DNA of 64,000 bases from Heterodontus francisci (taxonomy: Eukaryota), in assembly GCF_036365525.1 (NCBI RefSeq), contig NC_090374.1:99690762-99754761 (forward strand), read 5' to 3'. The translations under genes were made by a program, and so were the position numbers. The notes beneath the pieces are model-generated. The model ran no database searches and was not told the DNA's origin. It was given only the letters and a program-made list of their open reading frames with translations. The first letter of the stretch is position 1; the number at the start of each line of letters is the position of its first letter. Below, in pieces: positions 1 to 13,600 of this stretch.

Positions 1-262
1 ATACTAATCCCACATTCCTACCAAACATCCCCACCTGTCCCTATATTTTCCCTACCACCTACCTATACTAGTGACAATTTATAATGGCCAATTTACCTAT
101 CAACCTGCAAGTCTTTTGGCTTGTGGGAGGAAACCGGAGCACCCGGAGAAAACCCACGCAGACACAGGGAGAACTTGCAAACTCCACACAGGCAGTACCC
201 GGAATCGAACCCGGGTCCCTGGAGCTGTGAGGCTGCGGTGCTAACCACTGCGCCACTGTGCC
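1..262 (-). mobile_element. tRNA-derived SINE, HE1-like (shark), cut by window edge
   Basis: Minus strand begins ggcacagTGGCGCAGTGGttagc...GGTTCGATTCC (Pol III A and B boxes); a closely similar copy lies at 6262-6578. Confidence 0.85.
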
Positions 263-263
263 G

Positions 264-870
264 GTCAGAGGCTAGGAATTCTGCAGCGAGTAATTCACTT
301 CCCATCTCCCTAATGCCTGTCCACCATCTACAAAGCATGAGTCAGGAGTATGGTTGAATACTCTCCACTTACCTGGATGGGTGCAGCTCCAACAACGCTC
401 AAGAAGCTCGACACCATCCAGGACCAAGCAGCTCGCTTGATTGGCAGCCCATCTAGATCCTTCAACATTCACTCCCTCCACCACCGACACACAGTGGCAG
501 CAGTGTGTACCATCTACAAGATGCACTGCAGCAACTCGCCAAGTCTCCTTCGACAGCACCTTTTCAAATCCGTGACCTCTACCATCTAGAAAGTCGAGGG
601 CAGCAGATGCATGGACGAACACCACCACCTACAAGTTCCTCTCCAAGTCCCCCACCATCCTGACTTGGAATTATATCGGCATTCCTTCTCTGTCGCTGGG
701 TCAAAATCCTGCAACTCCCTTCCTGACAGCACTGTGGATGTACCTACACCCCAAGGACTGCAGCAGTTCAAGAAGGCAGCGCACTAGCACCTTATCAAGG
801 GCAATTAGGGATGGACAATAAATGCTGGCCTGGCCAGCAATGCCCACATCCCATGAACGAATAAATAAAT
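264..870 (+). mobile_element. LINE 3' fragment (CR1/L2 group)
   Basis: MEYSPLTWMGAAPTTLKKLDTIQDQAARLIG ORF2 C-terminus with A-rich tail; related copies at 18428-19155 and 58838-58983. Confidence 0.8.
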
Positions 871-871
871 T

Positions 872-1780
872 AAAGTGATTCTCTGGCTACGATTAGATAA
901 GAATGAAACCAGGTGAGAGAAGTCCCACTCAGCCGGATGACAGTGGAGAGGTGTTGGAGGAGGATGGTGTGGTCAACCACGTGAAAGGCTGCAGACAGGT
1001 TGACGAGAACAGGGAGGGAAAATTTGTCTTTGTCACTGTTACATTGGATGTCACTTATGATTTGATGATGACTCTCTTTCAGTTCTGTGTTTGGAGCTGA
1101 AACCTGATTGGAGGGATTCAAACCTGAAGTTCTGGGAAAGATGGGAACAGGTTTGGGAGGTGAAAACACATGCAAGGACTTTGGAGATGGGATGGTAGTT
1201 TGCAATTTGGTGGGGTCAAGGTTTTATTTTTAGGAAAGGGGTGTTGGCGAATTTAAAGGAGAGAGGGCAACACCTGAAGAGAGAGAACCGTTTACAATAT
1301 CTGCTAACATGGGGATCAGGAGGGGAAGTTGGGTGATCGGCTGTTTAGTCAGAATAGAATCGTGGAAACAGGAGGTTGGTGTCATGGACAAGGTGAGCTC
1401 AGACGGAGCATGTGGGGAGATAGTAAAGCAGCTGGAGAGAAATGAGAGTTCAGGGCCAGAGCAGGGGTGAGCATTATAGGAATTTTGGCCATGTGGGCTA
1501 GTGGAAGGGATGGACACAGCAGAGGCAGCTGATTGGATGGTCTTGGTCTTGGTGACAAAGATGTCCATGAACGCCTCGCACTTATTGTTGGAGGTGAGAG
1601 TGGATGGGACAGGGGTCGGGGGTTGATGAAGATGGTTTGCAGTAGATAAAAGAAGCCGGGGGTTATCTTTGAATTGCAAGATGATCCTGGAATAGTGAAC
1701 AGTTTTAGCAGATGACAGCAGGACCTGAAAGTGTTTTCAGTGGTCCATCAAGATCTGGTGGTGGACAGCTAAACCAGTGC
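872..1780 (-). mobile_element. L2-type LINE fragment, decayed
   Basis: LVNLSAAFHVVDHTILL resembles the L2 reverse transcriptase motif LLDLSAAFDTVDH; frameshifted. Confidence 0.75.
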
Positions 1781-1866
1781 AAGACTATTCTTGCAGCAGG
1801 CTGGAGAAAGGTGGTGCATATAATGTGTGTTCCTCTATAATTTTTCTTCACATTTTGTCTCTGTAG

Positions 1867-1939
1867 TTTGGAAGTTCTTCAGCAAAAGCCCTTCCTGAAC
1901 TATACAAGAGATCTGATGTGCAAAATGAAGACCGAATAG
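1867..1939 (+). CDS. SNCAIP: SNCAIP coding exon, 73 nt (FGSSSAKALPELYKRSDVQNEDRI)
   Basis: Acceptor ttttgtctctgtag, donor G|gtattt; resembles human YSVTSLKTIPELCRRCDTQNEDRS; ends in phase 1, matching the next exon. Confidence 0.9.
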
Positions 1940-2344
1940 GTATTTCATATACTTGTTTTATATTATTTTGGCTTTTCCTAGTTTGTAATGTGTGCATGTA
2001 GTTGATTAGAATTAAAAGCTAATAAGGTAAAATATTTTGTTCATAATCCTATGTATTGCAACAGAATTGAAGAAATATTTGCATTCACAATTCTGAACAG
2101 GACCTTGATCTATCCTGCTGAGTTATTGTTAAAACAGCAGAAAATAAGAGACAGAGATTGAAACTAGTGCCAGCCTGCCAGTGCAAACTGGGCACAGGAA
2201 ACAATCTGTGCTCTGAGACAGTTTGAGCCTGAGGGATATTCAGTCTGGGGCCTCGTGTAAATTAGTCCGGTGAGCTAGGGATGCCTGCTGCACGGGAATG
2301 GGATTTAAATTTTGGGCCAATTCTTCGCTGAAGGGGAGGAGTTG

Positions 2345-2942
2345 GAGTCATTGAGTCATTTACGGCACAGAAGGAGGGCATTCGGCCCATCGAGTCCATA
2401 CCGGCTCTCCATGGAGCAATCCAGTCATTCCCACTCTCCCCGTAGTCCTGCAAGTTTATTTACTTCGTGGCCATCCAATTTTCTTTTGAAGTCATATTGC
2501 CCACAAAGGTGGTGGAAGCTGAGACAGTGAGTTCCAGGTCATTACCATCCACTCCGTTAAAAAAAAAAAGCTCTTCCTCATCTTCACCCACATTTCTTGC
2601 CCAAAACCTTCAATCTGTGTCCCCTAGTCTTTGTACCATTAGTTAATTCCTTGTCTAACTTATCTGAGCCTCTCATAATCTTGTACACCTCTATTAAATC
2701 TCCCCTCGATCTCCTTTGCTCTAAGGAGAACACCCCCAACTTTTACAACCTAACCTTGTAACTAAAATCCCCCATCCCTGGAACCATTCTGGTAAATCTC
2801 CTCTGTACCCTGTCAAGGTCCCTTATATTCTTCCTAAAGTGTGGTGACCAGAACTGGACACAATACTCCAGTTTGGACCTAACCAGAGCTTTTATCAAGG
2901 TTCAGCATAACTTCAGCTTTTGTACTCAATGCCTCTATCTAT
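2345..2942 (-). mobile_element. CR1 LINE 3' fragment
   Basis: CR1-type 3' UTR hairpin (ggcattcggcccatcgagtcc), short-repeat tail and remnants of LEYCVQFWSP coding sequence. Confidence 0.8.
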
Positions 2943-4036
2943 AACTTATTAATCAGGAAGGGGTCGGCAATGGCCTTCATGACTGCTGTGGAGCCTGAAA
3001 GAGCACTGCTGCTCCTCCTGCTTCCACATTCAGGTAACTATTTTATAAAAAAACAAAGTACCTTTTTGGTGGCAGCCTTCAATGGTCCCTTTTAAGGTTG
3101 CAGATAGACTTGGTTATTGTGAATGCAGTAAGCTTAGCACTGGCAGCATTCAGGACAGCCAATATCAGGAAGGGATCTTGAAGTAGGCTGCTCTCAATCC
3201 CCCCCACACCCATATCAAAATGGCCTAATGCCTGTTTCAGGCCTGGGCCCTGGATGTTTATACTTCAGCCTTTACCAACATGGTGGGCAATGCACTTTCG
3301 GCAGGGAATGTTCTTGCATATGCCTGTTTGCTATATTGGATGTTTTGGTGCCTGTTTTGCACCAAGGGCACTTCACAGATCAATAGGTTGTTAATCTCAA
3401 TTTTTTAAAAGAAAGAAATTGCTATTTTTATTTTCAACAAACATACAAAAAGTCGCCAGTTGCCTCCAAAAGTCACTTTACTCCAACCCACACAACACTT
3501 CTACGCAGAACCCAGTACACCGAGCCACTCGACTTGCTTGGATCTAGTTCACAGAGACATTGCTCCCATCCAACTCACCACCCTTGCACTGAGACACAAT
3601 TCCTCCTTTCCATTTCATGCTGGCACTCCTCTCTCTCCTCACTCCACGCCCACCCCATCCGCTCAATTCAACTGCCACATGTTCCTCTGTCAAGCCAGTG
3701 TTCCTCTTTTCTTCCCTGCCACTCAATTCAAGCTGGTACTCTGCTGTATTTCTCCTCACCCCTTTCAGGCACTGTTTCAACACCACCCCCCCCCCCCGCC
3801 CCCCTTCAATGTTGCTTCTACCTGAATGCTGCTGTTACTTGAAATTCAGGCTCCTAAATACTAAAGGAGAGAGTTCCAGCTTTCACATGAAATTCCACTT
3901 ATTGTAATGAGAGGTTTGAAATGTTTGAGTGGAGAGGGGCCGAGTCACAATGATTTTTTGTTAGCAAATGCTAACATGTGGATTGTGCTGCCAAAATCCT
4001 GTCAGCATATATTGCTGATGGTTGATATAAAAAGAT

Positions 4037-4760
4037 TCATAAATTCATAACATCATACTACAGAAGTAGGGAGGCCATTTAGCCAATCATTCTTGTACTG
4101 ACTCTTTTAAAGAGATATCCAATCAGTCCCACTCCTTTCCCGAAGTTCAACAAAATTTTCCTTTTCAAGTATATATCCAATTCCCTTTTCAAAGTTACTG
4201 CTGAATCTGCTTCCACCACCATTTTAGACAGTGGATTCCAGACCATAACAACGCCCTGCATTAAAAAACTCATTTACTCCTGGTTCTTTTGCCAGTGACC
4301 TTTAAATCTGTGTGCTCTGGTTACCCACCTTTCTGGCAGTGGAAGCAGGTTCACCCTATCTAATATATCGGGACAGTTCATAATTTTGAACACCTCACCC
4401 CTTTACCTTCGCTGCTCTAAAGAAAATAATCCCAGCTTCCCCAGTATCTCCACATAATTGGAGATCCCTCATCCCTGCTGCCATTCTAATATCTAATCTG
4501 CACCCTTTCCAAAGCCTTGAAAGACTTCCTAAGGCCTGGTGCCAAGAATTCGACACAATACTGCAGCTGAAGCTAACCAGTAATTCATCAAAGTTTACCA
4601 TAACTTCCTTGCTTTTGCATGCTATGCCTTTATTGGATCCCATTGTTTTTTTTTTAACAACCTGATACCTTAGCCTGCCAGCTTTAAAGATTTTTGTATG
4701 TGAAGTTTTGGGTCTCTCTGTTCCTGCGCTCCTTTAAAATTGAATTGTTTCATTTTTACA
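4037..4760 (-). mobile_element. CR1 LINE 3' fragment, decayed
   Basis: Similar to the other CR1 3' ends in the window (QGVVMVWNPL...VVEADS). Confidence 0.7.
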
Positions 4761-5419
4761 GTCCACACCACTTAAAACATCTGTGTTCAAAACGGACATT
4801 TGCTTATATCGTCCCAAAGAATTGCATTAACATCAATTTCAAAGTTGCTGGTTATAAGTGTTCTGTTTTGGGCAGAAATAGTTGTCCTTACTCACTACTT
4901 TGTTCAACCAGGCAATAAGCAAATCACTAGATTGGCATTAGCCACTGTTGCCACATTAAATCAAATTAGAACAGGATTGATAGCTACTCAGTGATTACTT
5001 CAATAACTCCTTCCTTAAAGTGGAAGAGCTACATACACAGGCAAAATAAACTGAGTTTTCATAGCATGCATGAAATACTGAGCCTCCACAAGATTCCAGC
5101 TATACTGTGAGATCATAGGTTAGTTAACATGGCACAATAAAACAACCAATAGGCAAATGACTATGAGCTAATGAAGTTAGTGTTGATTTAATTTAATTGT
5201 TTTCACCTTTTGGTCAGATGTCTACTCCTACAGAAATACTTTATTATTTTGCATTTTCTCATTTTGTTGTAAGTGTATCAGTTTTAACGTCAACGCTATT
5301 CAATACGTGACCATAATGCTGACCATAAAAGTTTCAAATGTTATACCAGCCATTGCGTCTAGTGGGCAAATTGCGTTTGCAGGAACGATCCTGTTTCAAG
5401 CAGGGGGGACTATAATGCC

Positions 5420-6840
5420 TCTCCTTATTCTTCCTTCAAAAATGTATCACTTCACACTTATCTGCATCAAATTTCATTTGCCACGTGTCTTTTCTTCAGC
5501 TTGCCAATGTCGTCCTGAAGTCTGTTTTTATCCCCCTCACTGTTAACTATATTTCTAAGTTTTATGTCATCTGCAGACTTTGAAATTATGACTTATACCC
5601 AGGTGCAGCTAATTAATGTCTAACAAAAAGAGCTGTGGCCTTAACGTTAACCATTGGGGAGCACCACTGTATATTTCCCTCCAGTCTGATGAATAACTGT
5701 TCTTCACTCCTCTGCCTTCTGTGTCATAGCCAATTCCGACTCCATGCTGCCACTGCCCCTTTAATTCCAGGGGCTTCGATCTTGCTAACGAGCTGATTAT
5801 ATGGCTTTATCGAATGCCTTTAGAAAGCCCACATACACATCAACCACACCACCCTCATCAATCCTTTCCATTACTTCATCGAAGAACTCAGTCAAGTTTG
5901 TCAGATATGATTTGTCTTTAACAAATTTGTTAGGTGTCATTTTTTTTTTTCAAATGCCAATTAATTTTTTTCCAGATTATAGTCTCTAGAAGTTTCTCAA
6001 CCATCAACATTGGGCTGCCAGGCCTGTAGTTACCAGGTTTATCGCTCCCTCCTTTTTTTTTTGAACAGGGGTTAGTATTTGCAACCCTCCAAAGTTCTGG
6101 CACCACTCCCATATCTAAGAAGACACGAAAGATTGTGCTGAGAACCTTCGCTATTTCTACCCTGCTTACCTCGGCAACCTAGGGTGCATCCCATCTGGTC
6201 TGGGTGACTTTTCTACTTTGAGCACTGACAACATTTTAAGTACCCCTTCTTTATGTATCTTAGAGTCATAGAGAGATACAGCCCTTCGGCCCACCAAGTC
6301 TGTGCCGACCATCAACCACCCATTTATACTAATCCTACATTAATCTCATATTCCCTACCACATCCCCACAATTCTGCTACCACCTACCTATACTAGGGGC
6401 AATTTACAATGGCCAATTTACCTATCAACCTGCAAGTCTTTGGCTGTGGGAGGAAACCGGAGCACCCAGCGGAAACCCACGCGGTCACAGGGAGAACTTG
6501 CAAACTCCGCACAGGCAGTACCCAGAACTGAACCCGGGTCACTGGAGCTGTGAGGCTGCAGTGCTAACCACTGTGCCACCCTAGAAACATTTGGTAAGCA
6601 CAGATACCAGGAGCAGGGCTTATCTGTTTTAGATTTTCTAACCCCTGTCCTTTCCTGTTATGTTGGCAGCATCCTCTTTCTTTATGAAGACAGATGCAAA
6701 GCACTCTTTTAGTACCTCAGCCATGCCCTCTATCTCCACAAGAAGGTTTCCTTTCTGGTTTCCTCCCTTCCTTTGAACTATCCTTTGCTCTTTTTATATG
6801 TTTTTAAAAGTGCTATCTTTTCTCAGGCACTCTCTTAGCC
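5420..6840 (-). mobile_element. CR1 LINE fragment interrupted by a SINE
   Basis: GVVPELWRVAN...KKGGSDKPGNYRP motif; RT remnants. Confidence 0.75.
6262..6578 (-). mobile_element. tRNA-derived SINE, HE1-like, near full length
   Basis: Closely similar to 1-262; tRNA head at the right end, CR1-like tail (tagagtcatagag) at the left. Confidence 0.85.
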
Positions 6841-9772
6841 TGGTTTAATAATTGTGTTACTAAAATGCCTTTTCATTTTTGGTTGGATGCTACTAAAATC
6901 ACCCGGAAAGTCACTCAACTGTAACCAGTTACTATGCTCAGTAGTGGCTTGCCTGACCAGTTGTTAACTAGGCTGTGGTGCATCACATGTATAGCCCTAA
7001 AAAGTGGGGAGGAAAATTGCAAAATGTTTTATTAATGAAGAGCTTTTTCCAGAGCTCATTTGTAGAACTTCTGAGTTGTCGTTCTTTCTCACTGTTGTTG
7101 AAACTTCTGGTGGGACATTTTCCTGCACATTTCTCGATAATTAACATTATCTATTTGCAACAAAAAAGTAAAATGCCACATTGCATGGCATTTTGGAAGA
7201 GCATCAAGAACTTCTATGAAGATATTTTTGGAATCAGATACTTGGGTGGCATTTTCTCTTGCTCTCTTCGCGCTCTGATTAATGGGCAATAGTTCACTTT
7301 TTATAGTTGTGTGACTATTTTAATTCGTGTACTTAGAGGTTTGTGCAATGACACCACCTTCTGTCCATTGTGAAATGTTTTCATGTATTACCAGTGTTCT
7401 TTTCTGCAATGCTTTTACATGCTGATGGGCAAATTTTAATCAATTAAAATAGAATATTGAAAGCCTGACTTTCCATTGGTTTTAATTCCATTAAAAAAAT
7501 TTGGATGTAAAATTGCATGTAAAATGTAAAAGATCAGTAAAGATAAGTCATAATTAACCTTAAATGGAGTTTGATCTCAAATAAGCTTTTTTTTTTGGTG
7601 TTAACTTTTCAAGTGCTTGTCTCCAAAACTATTTCTTATGTTCTTGTGTTATGTTTACATTGAAAGTTTAAAGATGGTGATCTGACAACTGCAAAAACTT
7701 GACTGTGCAGAATGAAAGAGAAGGAATTTTGAATTTATAGCATTACTCCTGTTCAAAATCTGAATTACATGTAATGTCATGTATCTAGAAGCGCAGTGTT
7801 GCTATTCTAAAGTTCTGTATATGCCAGTTTGATACTTTGGTAACCTCTTCAACTGGTACCCTTTTTATACTCAGATCGCCAGAACTAAAAATGTTTCTTC
7901 AACACCTAGTGTTATGCAGAAGGTGAGGTTGAGTTATCTTTAGGTGGAGAGGAAAAAGTCCTTTTGTGTTTTCAGTTATTTATATATTCAGTTTAAGAAT
8001 GGTAGCATATGGGAGCAAGAAGACGCATCCAACCTATCCTGTTAAATTTGTCATACTGATTCTATTTCATGACATTCCTGTTTTGCAACATGACTTAACC
8101 ACTTTTCCACTAAATTAAAATCTTATGTAATAAAATGTCACACATAAATATTGCAAATCAGTTTGTACTGAACATGATTTCTTAGCTATTCTACCATGGA
8201 AGGAATATTTTAAAGATTTTCTTTGAACATTTGGTATACGGTAGGCTAAAGAACAATGCTAGCATAATAGAAAGTTCAAAATCTTGGCAGCTTTTGAAGG
8301 TCTAGACCTGCCTTTGCAAGGGGTTGTTTTCATAAACCCTGGACAGGATTTGTCTGCATCAAGGTCTTTAATGGTTCCTGTCAGTATAAAACAGCTAGGA
8401 AACATCTGGCATCCATTTTTCAATATCACTTGGAAAGAATTTCACATGTAAATAAAACCAACATAAAAGCACAGCCCTGTGAACCCTAGCTCTTGTACAC
8501 TGTGGATCTAAAAAGCACAATGGATTCCTTGTGTTAAGTTACTAAGTTACTAGTCTGTTAGAAAGCTATAACTTTTCTAGGTGTTTGGTAAGCTGGAAGT
8601 TATTTTTCCATGAACAAAGAAATTATAAGCTGTTTACGAGGGTATAAGAAAGTATACATATAGATTATATATTGCCCATAGCATGATTAAAAAGTTTTCT
8701 TCAATAGGCAATTACCTATTGATACATGAACTACACTATTTAGGCTTTAAGATGAAAACTGCTGATAAAAATGTGAGGCTAAGTTTAGAAAGAAAATTCA
8801 TTCGTTCTTGTATCTGCTGTAAAACTGAGATTCAGGACTCTATTTTATGCATCTTTAAGTAGATAAATGTGTAAGATCCATTAGGACCTAGAATTATGGT
8901 TATTGCTCCCTTGTTCATATGGGAGAAATCTGTTGAAATATTTTGTTCACCACTAATTTGTTCATGCTACACCCATTAAAGCTCATGCACAATTTATATT
9001 TTAGTCACAAACTATTTTCAAAAGATAATTATATCAATGTAACTTGTATAATTTTAGCATAAGTCCAGGAAAATATTTTGTGGTGAACATATTCCACTTA
9101 GGTTCAGAACTAGTGTGGTGTGTTAATTATTAGCCACACTACACCATTGCCCTAGCATACAGAATGGGTTGCAAGAGCAAAGATCTGTTCGTGTTTTTTA
9201 AAAAATGCCGTTACCCCCCATAACAAAAGGGTTGGAGCTTTTCTTTTACAGCGCAGAGTGACACCAAACATCCTAAAAAAAAAAATTAAATCGATCATTT
9301 AAAAAATTTAATATTTTATTTATTTTCCTGTTTCTTTTGTGGCTTTTATGTGGTTTTAATTGGATATTATTTCTGAAGATTGTCTTTTACATCCAGTTGA
9401 GACCCAAATGTTTAACAAATCAGGTGGTCTTGTCATAAATGTAACAAAGGCAACTTTTGATGCAATTTGAAGTGTTACTGGTCAAATTATTTTTGGTAAC
9501 ATTGTTCATGACACCACCAGCCTGGATGAGCAAGCATGCTTTCTGTGGTTTTCTAAGTATGTCACGCATGTATTAAATATTTCAGATGTGCAATGTATTA
9601 AATTAAAACTTTGTTTTATATCGGCAGAGGCATGATCTCTTGTGGTGCTGTTAAAGTCTGTGGTTACTGTATGTAAAAAGATGGGGGAGTTTGATGTTTT
9701 TTGAGGAATGGATTATTCTAAGAACAGTTTCTGAACTGTTTGGTTTACTAATGGTTTTGATCAAATCTTAAG

Positions 9773-10647
9773 TTTCTAGCTCAAACTGGTCTTCTGGAGG
9801 TACAGCATCAGTTAGCAGTGGAATAAAAGCCAAAGGCACCACAGATGTGTACAGTAAATTCAGACCTGTGAAAAGAGTTTCACCTCTCAAGCACCAACCG
9901 GAAAACCCTGAAAATGATACAGATACTGAACAGCATGAACTCAAAGGTGACTACAAAAAGCAAGATGATGCAGAAAATCCAAGTCCGTGTAATACCTTGT
10001 ACCACAGCAATGGACAGTGCTTTAAGATCAAAGACACTGGCACCGGCATTTTGCTTGGTGAACTTGAGCACTATGATTTGGATATGGATGAAATTTTGGA
10101 TGTTCCTTATATTAAATTAAACCACTTTCCTTCCCAGAGATGTATTCCTTTCACAAAGATTGCCTCAGAGAACCGGTCAGGTGTGGGAATGAGAGATGAT
10201 GTTAGCAGGATCTGTACAGCAGTGAAGCATGAGAACTCACCAACCAACTTGACACAGTTTTGTATTCTGTCACCAGTAAATAGCTTGGAGTTGAGAAAAG
10301 CAAAAGCAGTTGTCACAAACCATCACAGGCATGCAACTGGCAGCTTGGAGGGCTCCCAATCACCAGATAGCTGTGATACAGTACATAATGCTGAAGCCCA
10401 GGGTAAAGACTTGACTAGCAGAACTTCAAATTTGTTTGTTAATTCACATGGGCACAAGGTTGGCAGTACCATGCCAAACTCTCGACCAAGGACATTGTCT
10501 CTGCAAACTCCAACAGGAAGCAAACTAGAAGAAGGATGCAGTAATAAAAATGGGATTAGCATGGGAGGACCTGGAGAGACGAGTGAGGAAGCAAAAAACG
10601 TTAAAAGCATTTTAAATATAGTCAGAGAAGGACAGATTTCATTGCTG
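9773..10647 (+). CDS. SNCAIP: SNCAIP large N-terminal exon, 875 nt (VSSSNW...IVREGQISLL)
   Basis: Frame of ORF 9847-10659; acceptor cttaag|TT gives the required phase 1; donor CTG|gtaagt. Confidence 0.95.
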
Positions 10648-13600
10648 GTAAGTGTTTGAACTATTGCAATTTCCTATAAATGTTTTAAAAATGGAGTGTA
10701 GCATAAAAGAAAAGTGGTTGGGTACTTTTGCTTCATACCTCCTAAGAGTGAAAGTTTTGTGTGTTTATTCTGATTTTTTTTTTACACACTGATTTATGCC
10801 TGTTTTAAGTTTGGCTGCATTCTAATGAGATACCCAGGAAATTTCAGCACTATTGCTGTAGAACAAAACTATATTGCTAAAAGCTATATAGTCTTTTCAA
10901 TTTTTAAAAAGCTAACAAACTGCCTAGCAATTGTCTGTGGAAATGCTGCACCATTGTCCAGTTGAGAAAGCACCATTTTTGTTAGTAAAGTTTTCCCATT
11001 GTTACAAAAAATAATTGAAGTTTGTGATATGTTGTGATGCAGATGTTTTAAATTATAAATGAACATTGGCCTTTTAGGGAGAGCATTGCATTTCTTCAGA
11101 ATGCTGTAATACTTTCAGAAGATAACACCCAGACCATAAGAGCTTTAGGTGTCATTGTGGTTCACTTAGTTATTCCCGGATTAATTTTCAGTTGTGAATC
11201 TGATTGAACTCATGACGAGAACACTGGGACCTCTGTGATACTTTAATTAGTATTCACAAGAGTTTGTGACATTGCAACTGAAGTTTGTATGACAATGCCA
11301 TAGTTACTTAACCTTTATCCAAGGTTCTGATCAGTTCTAGCTATGCGATCAAGCAGCATGCTAATCTGCTTTCAAATAAACTAGTTTTGAATGAATTACA
11401 GTACAAATGTGAAATGGAATAATAACATGGATGTAGTGTTCTGTTTTGTTCTAGATTAAAAAAAAAAAAATAATTGCACAATAGATTCTGGGGCAGTCTC
11501 TTAATTGCATTTTGAATCCTGTCACATCAGTAATCATTTCAAAATGTGCATTATAAATATTGGTTAACTATTTAGGTTGCTAATTTTTTAAAATTTCAAC
11601 AATGATTGGAATTTAACTTTCTTGACTTTGGATGAATATTTCTGATTGCTCCAGTAAGAGTGCCATAAATATTCAGTAATAAATTATCCATGAGTCAATT
11701 ATACAGTATCGAAGATAAAGAGTAAAGTCCTTTCTTACCCCGTCCTGTCTCTATTAATAAAACTTATTGCTCAGTATGGCCTGGAATCGCCTCCTTGGGC
11801 ACAACCTGAAAGTTAGATCTGAAAATGCACCCGTTCCGATGTCCAATCTCGATGTTGATGGAGAAGTTTCTTGGGAACCTCATTAGAATACCAGCATAAA
11901 TCAGTGCAAACATTCGGAGTCCAAGGAAGGCACTGAACTTGCACCATATGGTTCTTTAGGTATGAAAGTTAGAGTTTCAACTCAGTTACCCATCTTTCAT
12001 GCACTTCAGGCACAGCATGTTTGAGCCTTCAATCGGAGAAACTTCTCAATTTTTGCTGTGGTTTATACTAATGAAGTAAAAATGCATTCAAAGAAACTCT
12101 TGCAGGAATCTTGTGTATAAGGCCAGGGATGGGGCCATTATTATGGCAGGTGGCGTGATTGGGTGGAGGGATCAATAGACATTCGAGATTTGGGCATATT
12201 GTACTGGCACAAATAACTCACTTATGCTCAAATTTCTGCAATTTCTTGGGCCACATCTTTGATTAGTGTCCAGATTGTGTGTCTCCCTGGTTGAAAATAC
12301 GCAAGAAATTCCAGACCCACATTATTGACTGGTTTGTCATTGTGGCATAATTCCAGTTATTTTCAAAAGGTTTACTTGTATAGAAAAGTTGGTATAGAAT
12401 AGTTTAGTTGCTATAGAAAAATGTGCTGTCTTCTACACTGTTCGATTGTCTCAAGTCTTGTTGGATGTCAGAACATTACGTTGTCACATGTATCAAATCT
12501 TTTAGATTTATTAGCAAAATGAAAATGCAGCAACAGGTTCAGTCATTTAGATGACATAACTCAATCACAACCTTACATAAATTTTCAATATCTCATTAAT
12601 ACGGTTTAGTTCAATAAATGCTTATAAATTGGATTTGTAATTATTTTTATTTCCTACATTGTGATCTATATTTACGGCATTTATGTTTACTGACCTGTTG
12701 TTTGAGTGCTGCTACTGAGATTCAGATATAGAATCAGCTATTTTGTTTAGTTGGTTATATGACAGGAGAATATAAATGTATTCTGATACATCTGTGATCA
12801 GATAATTTGAGTTTTCCCATACACCACCACCTGTAACTCACCTCTGACTCACACTCTTAGGAGTGTACTGATCCCTTTGTGTCAAAGAATAGTATTTGCT
12901 GTTCATTTATAAAATAAAATTGGCCAAAGGGTGAAAGAGTTGATGGAGCATTCATAGAAAACTTCATTTAAAACAAAGACCTGAAGCAGAGCCAGGAAGC
13001 ACCTTGCATTGTTCCCATGAATCATCTTGGTCCCTAAATGACAGCTGAGCATTGATAGCCTGACTTGCTTTCTCATTTTGAACTTCTTAATTTTTAACTT
13101 GTGCCCATAATTACTTGAATCTTTTATGATGTTGAACAATTTGCTAATCCTTTTCTTAAATACTTAAGTAACTTCAAAATCTGTTTACAAAGAAAGCAAG
13201 CCCCAACTTCTTTAACCTTTCTCATAACTGAGATTCTCTTTCCACAATCATCTGGTTGCTCGCCTCTGTATCCTCTTGAAAGCAATAATATGCTTTTAGT
13301 TAGGTAACCAGATCTACACAATCTATTCCAGATGGGGGGTTTGACTAATGACTTGTATAGAAACAATATTGTCTCCTAATTTGTTCTACATTATTCTGCT
13401 TAAACTGGTCATTAATGTTGCCTTTTTTCACTCCAGGCCTGAAAGTTACAAATATTTAGCGACAGTGTATCTAAGATCTCTTAATCAACAAGCAGCTCAA
13501 CAAAAATGGCTAGGGAATAAATAGTTATAGAACAGGAGTGTAAAAAGATGGTTAAAATAAAATTGGAGGAACTGCTATTAAACCTGATTTAAACTATCTG

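Noticed and set aside
190-262. tRNA gene
   Set aside because: The A and B boxes belong to the head of a SINE that continues into a repeat body present twice in the window.
3460-3907. Overlapping ORFs in a C-rich segment
   Set aside because: Low complexity with no recognisable domain or splice pattern; probably a decayed repeat I could not classify.
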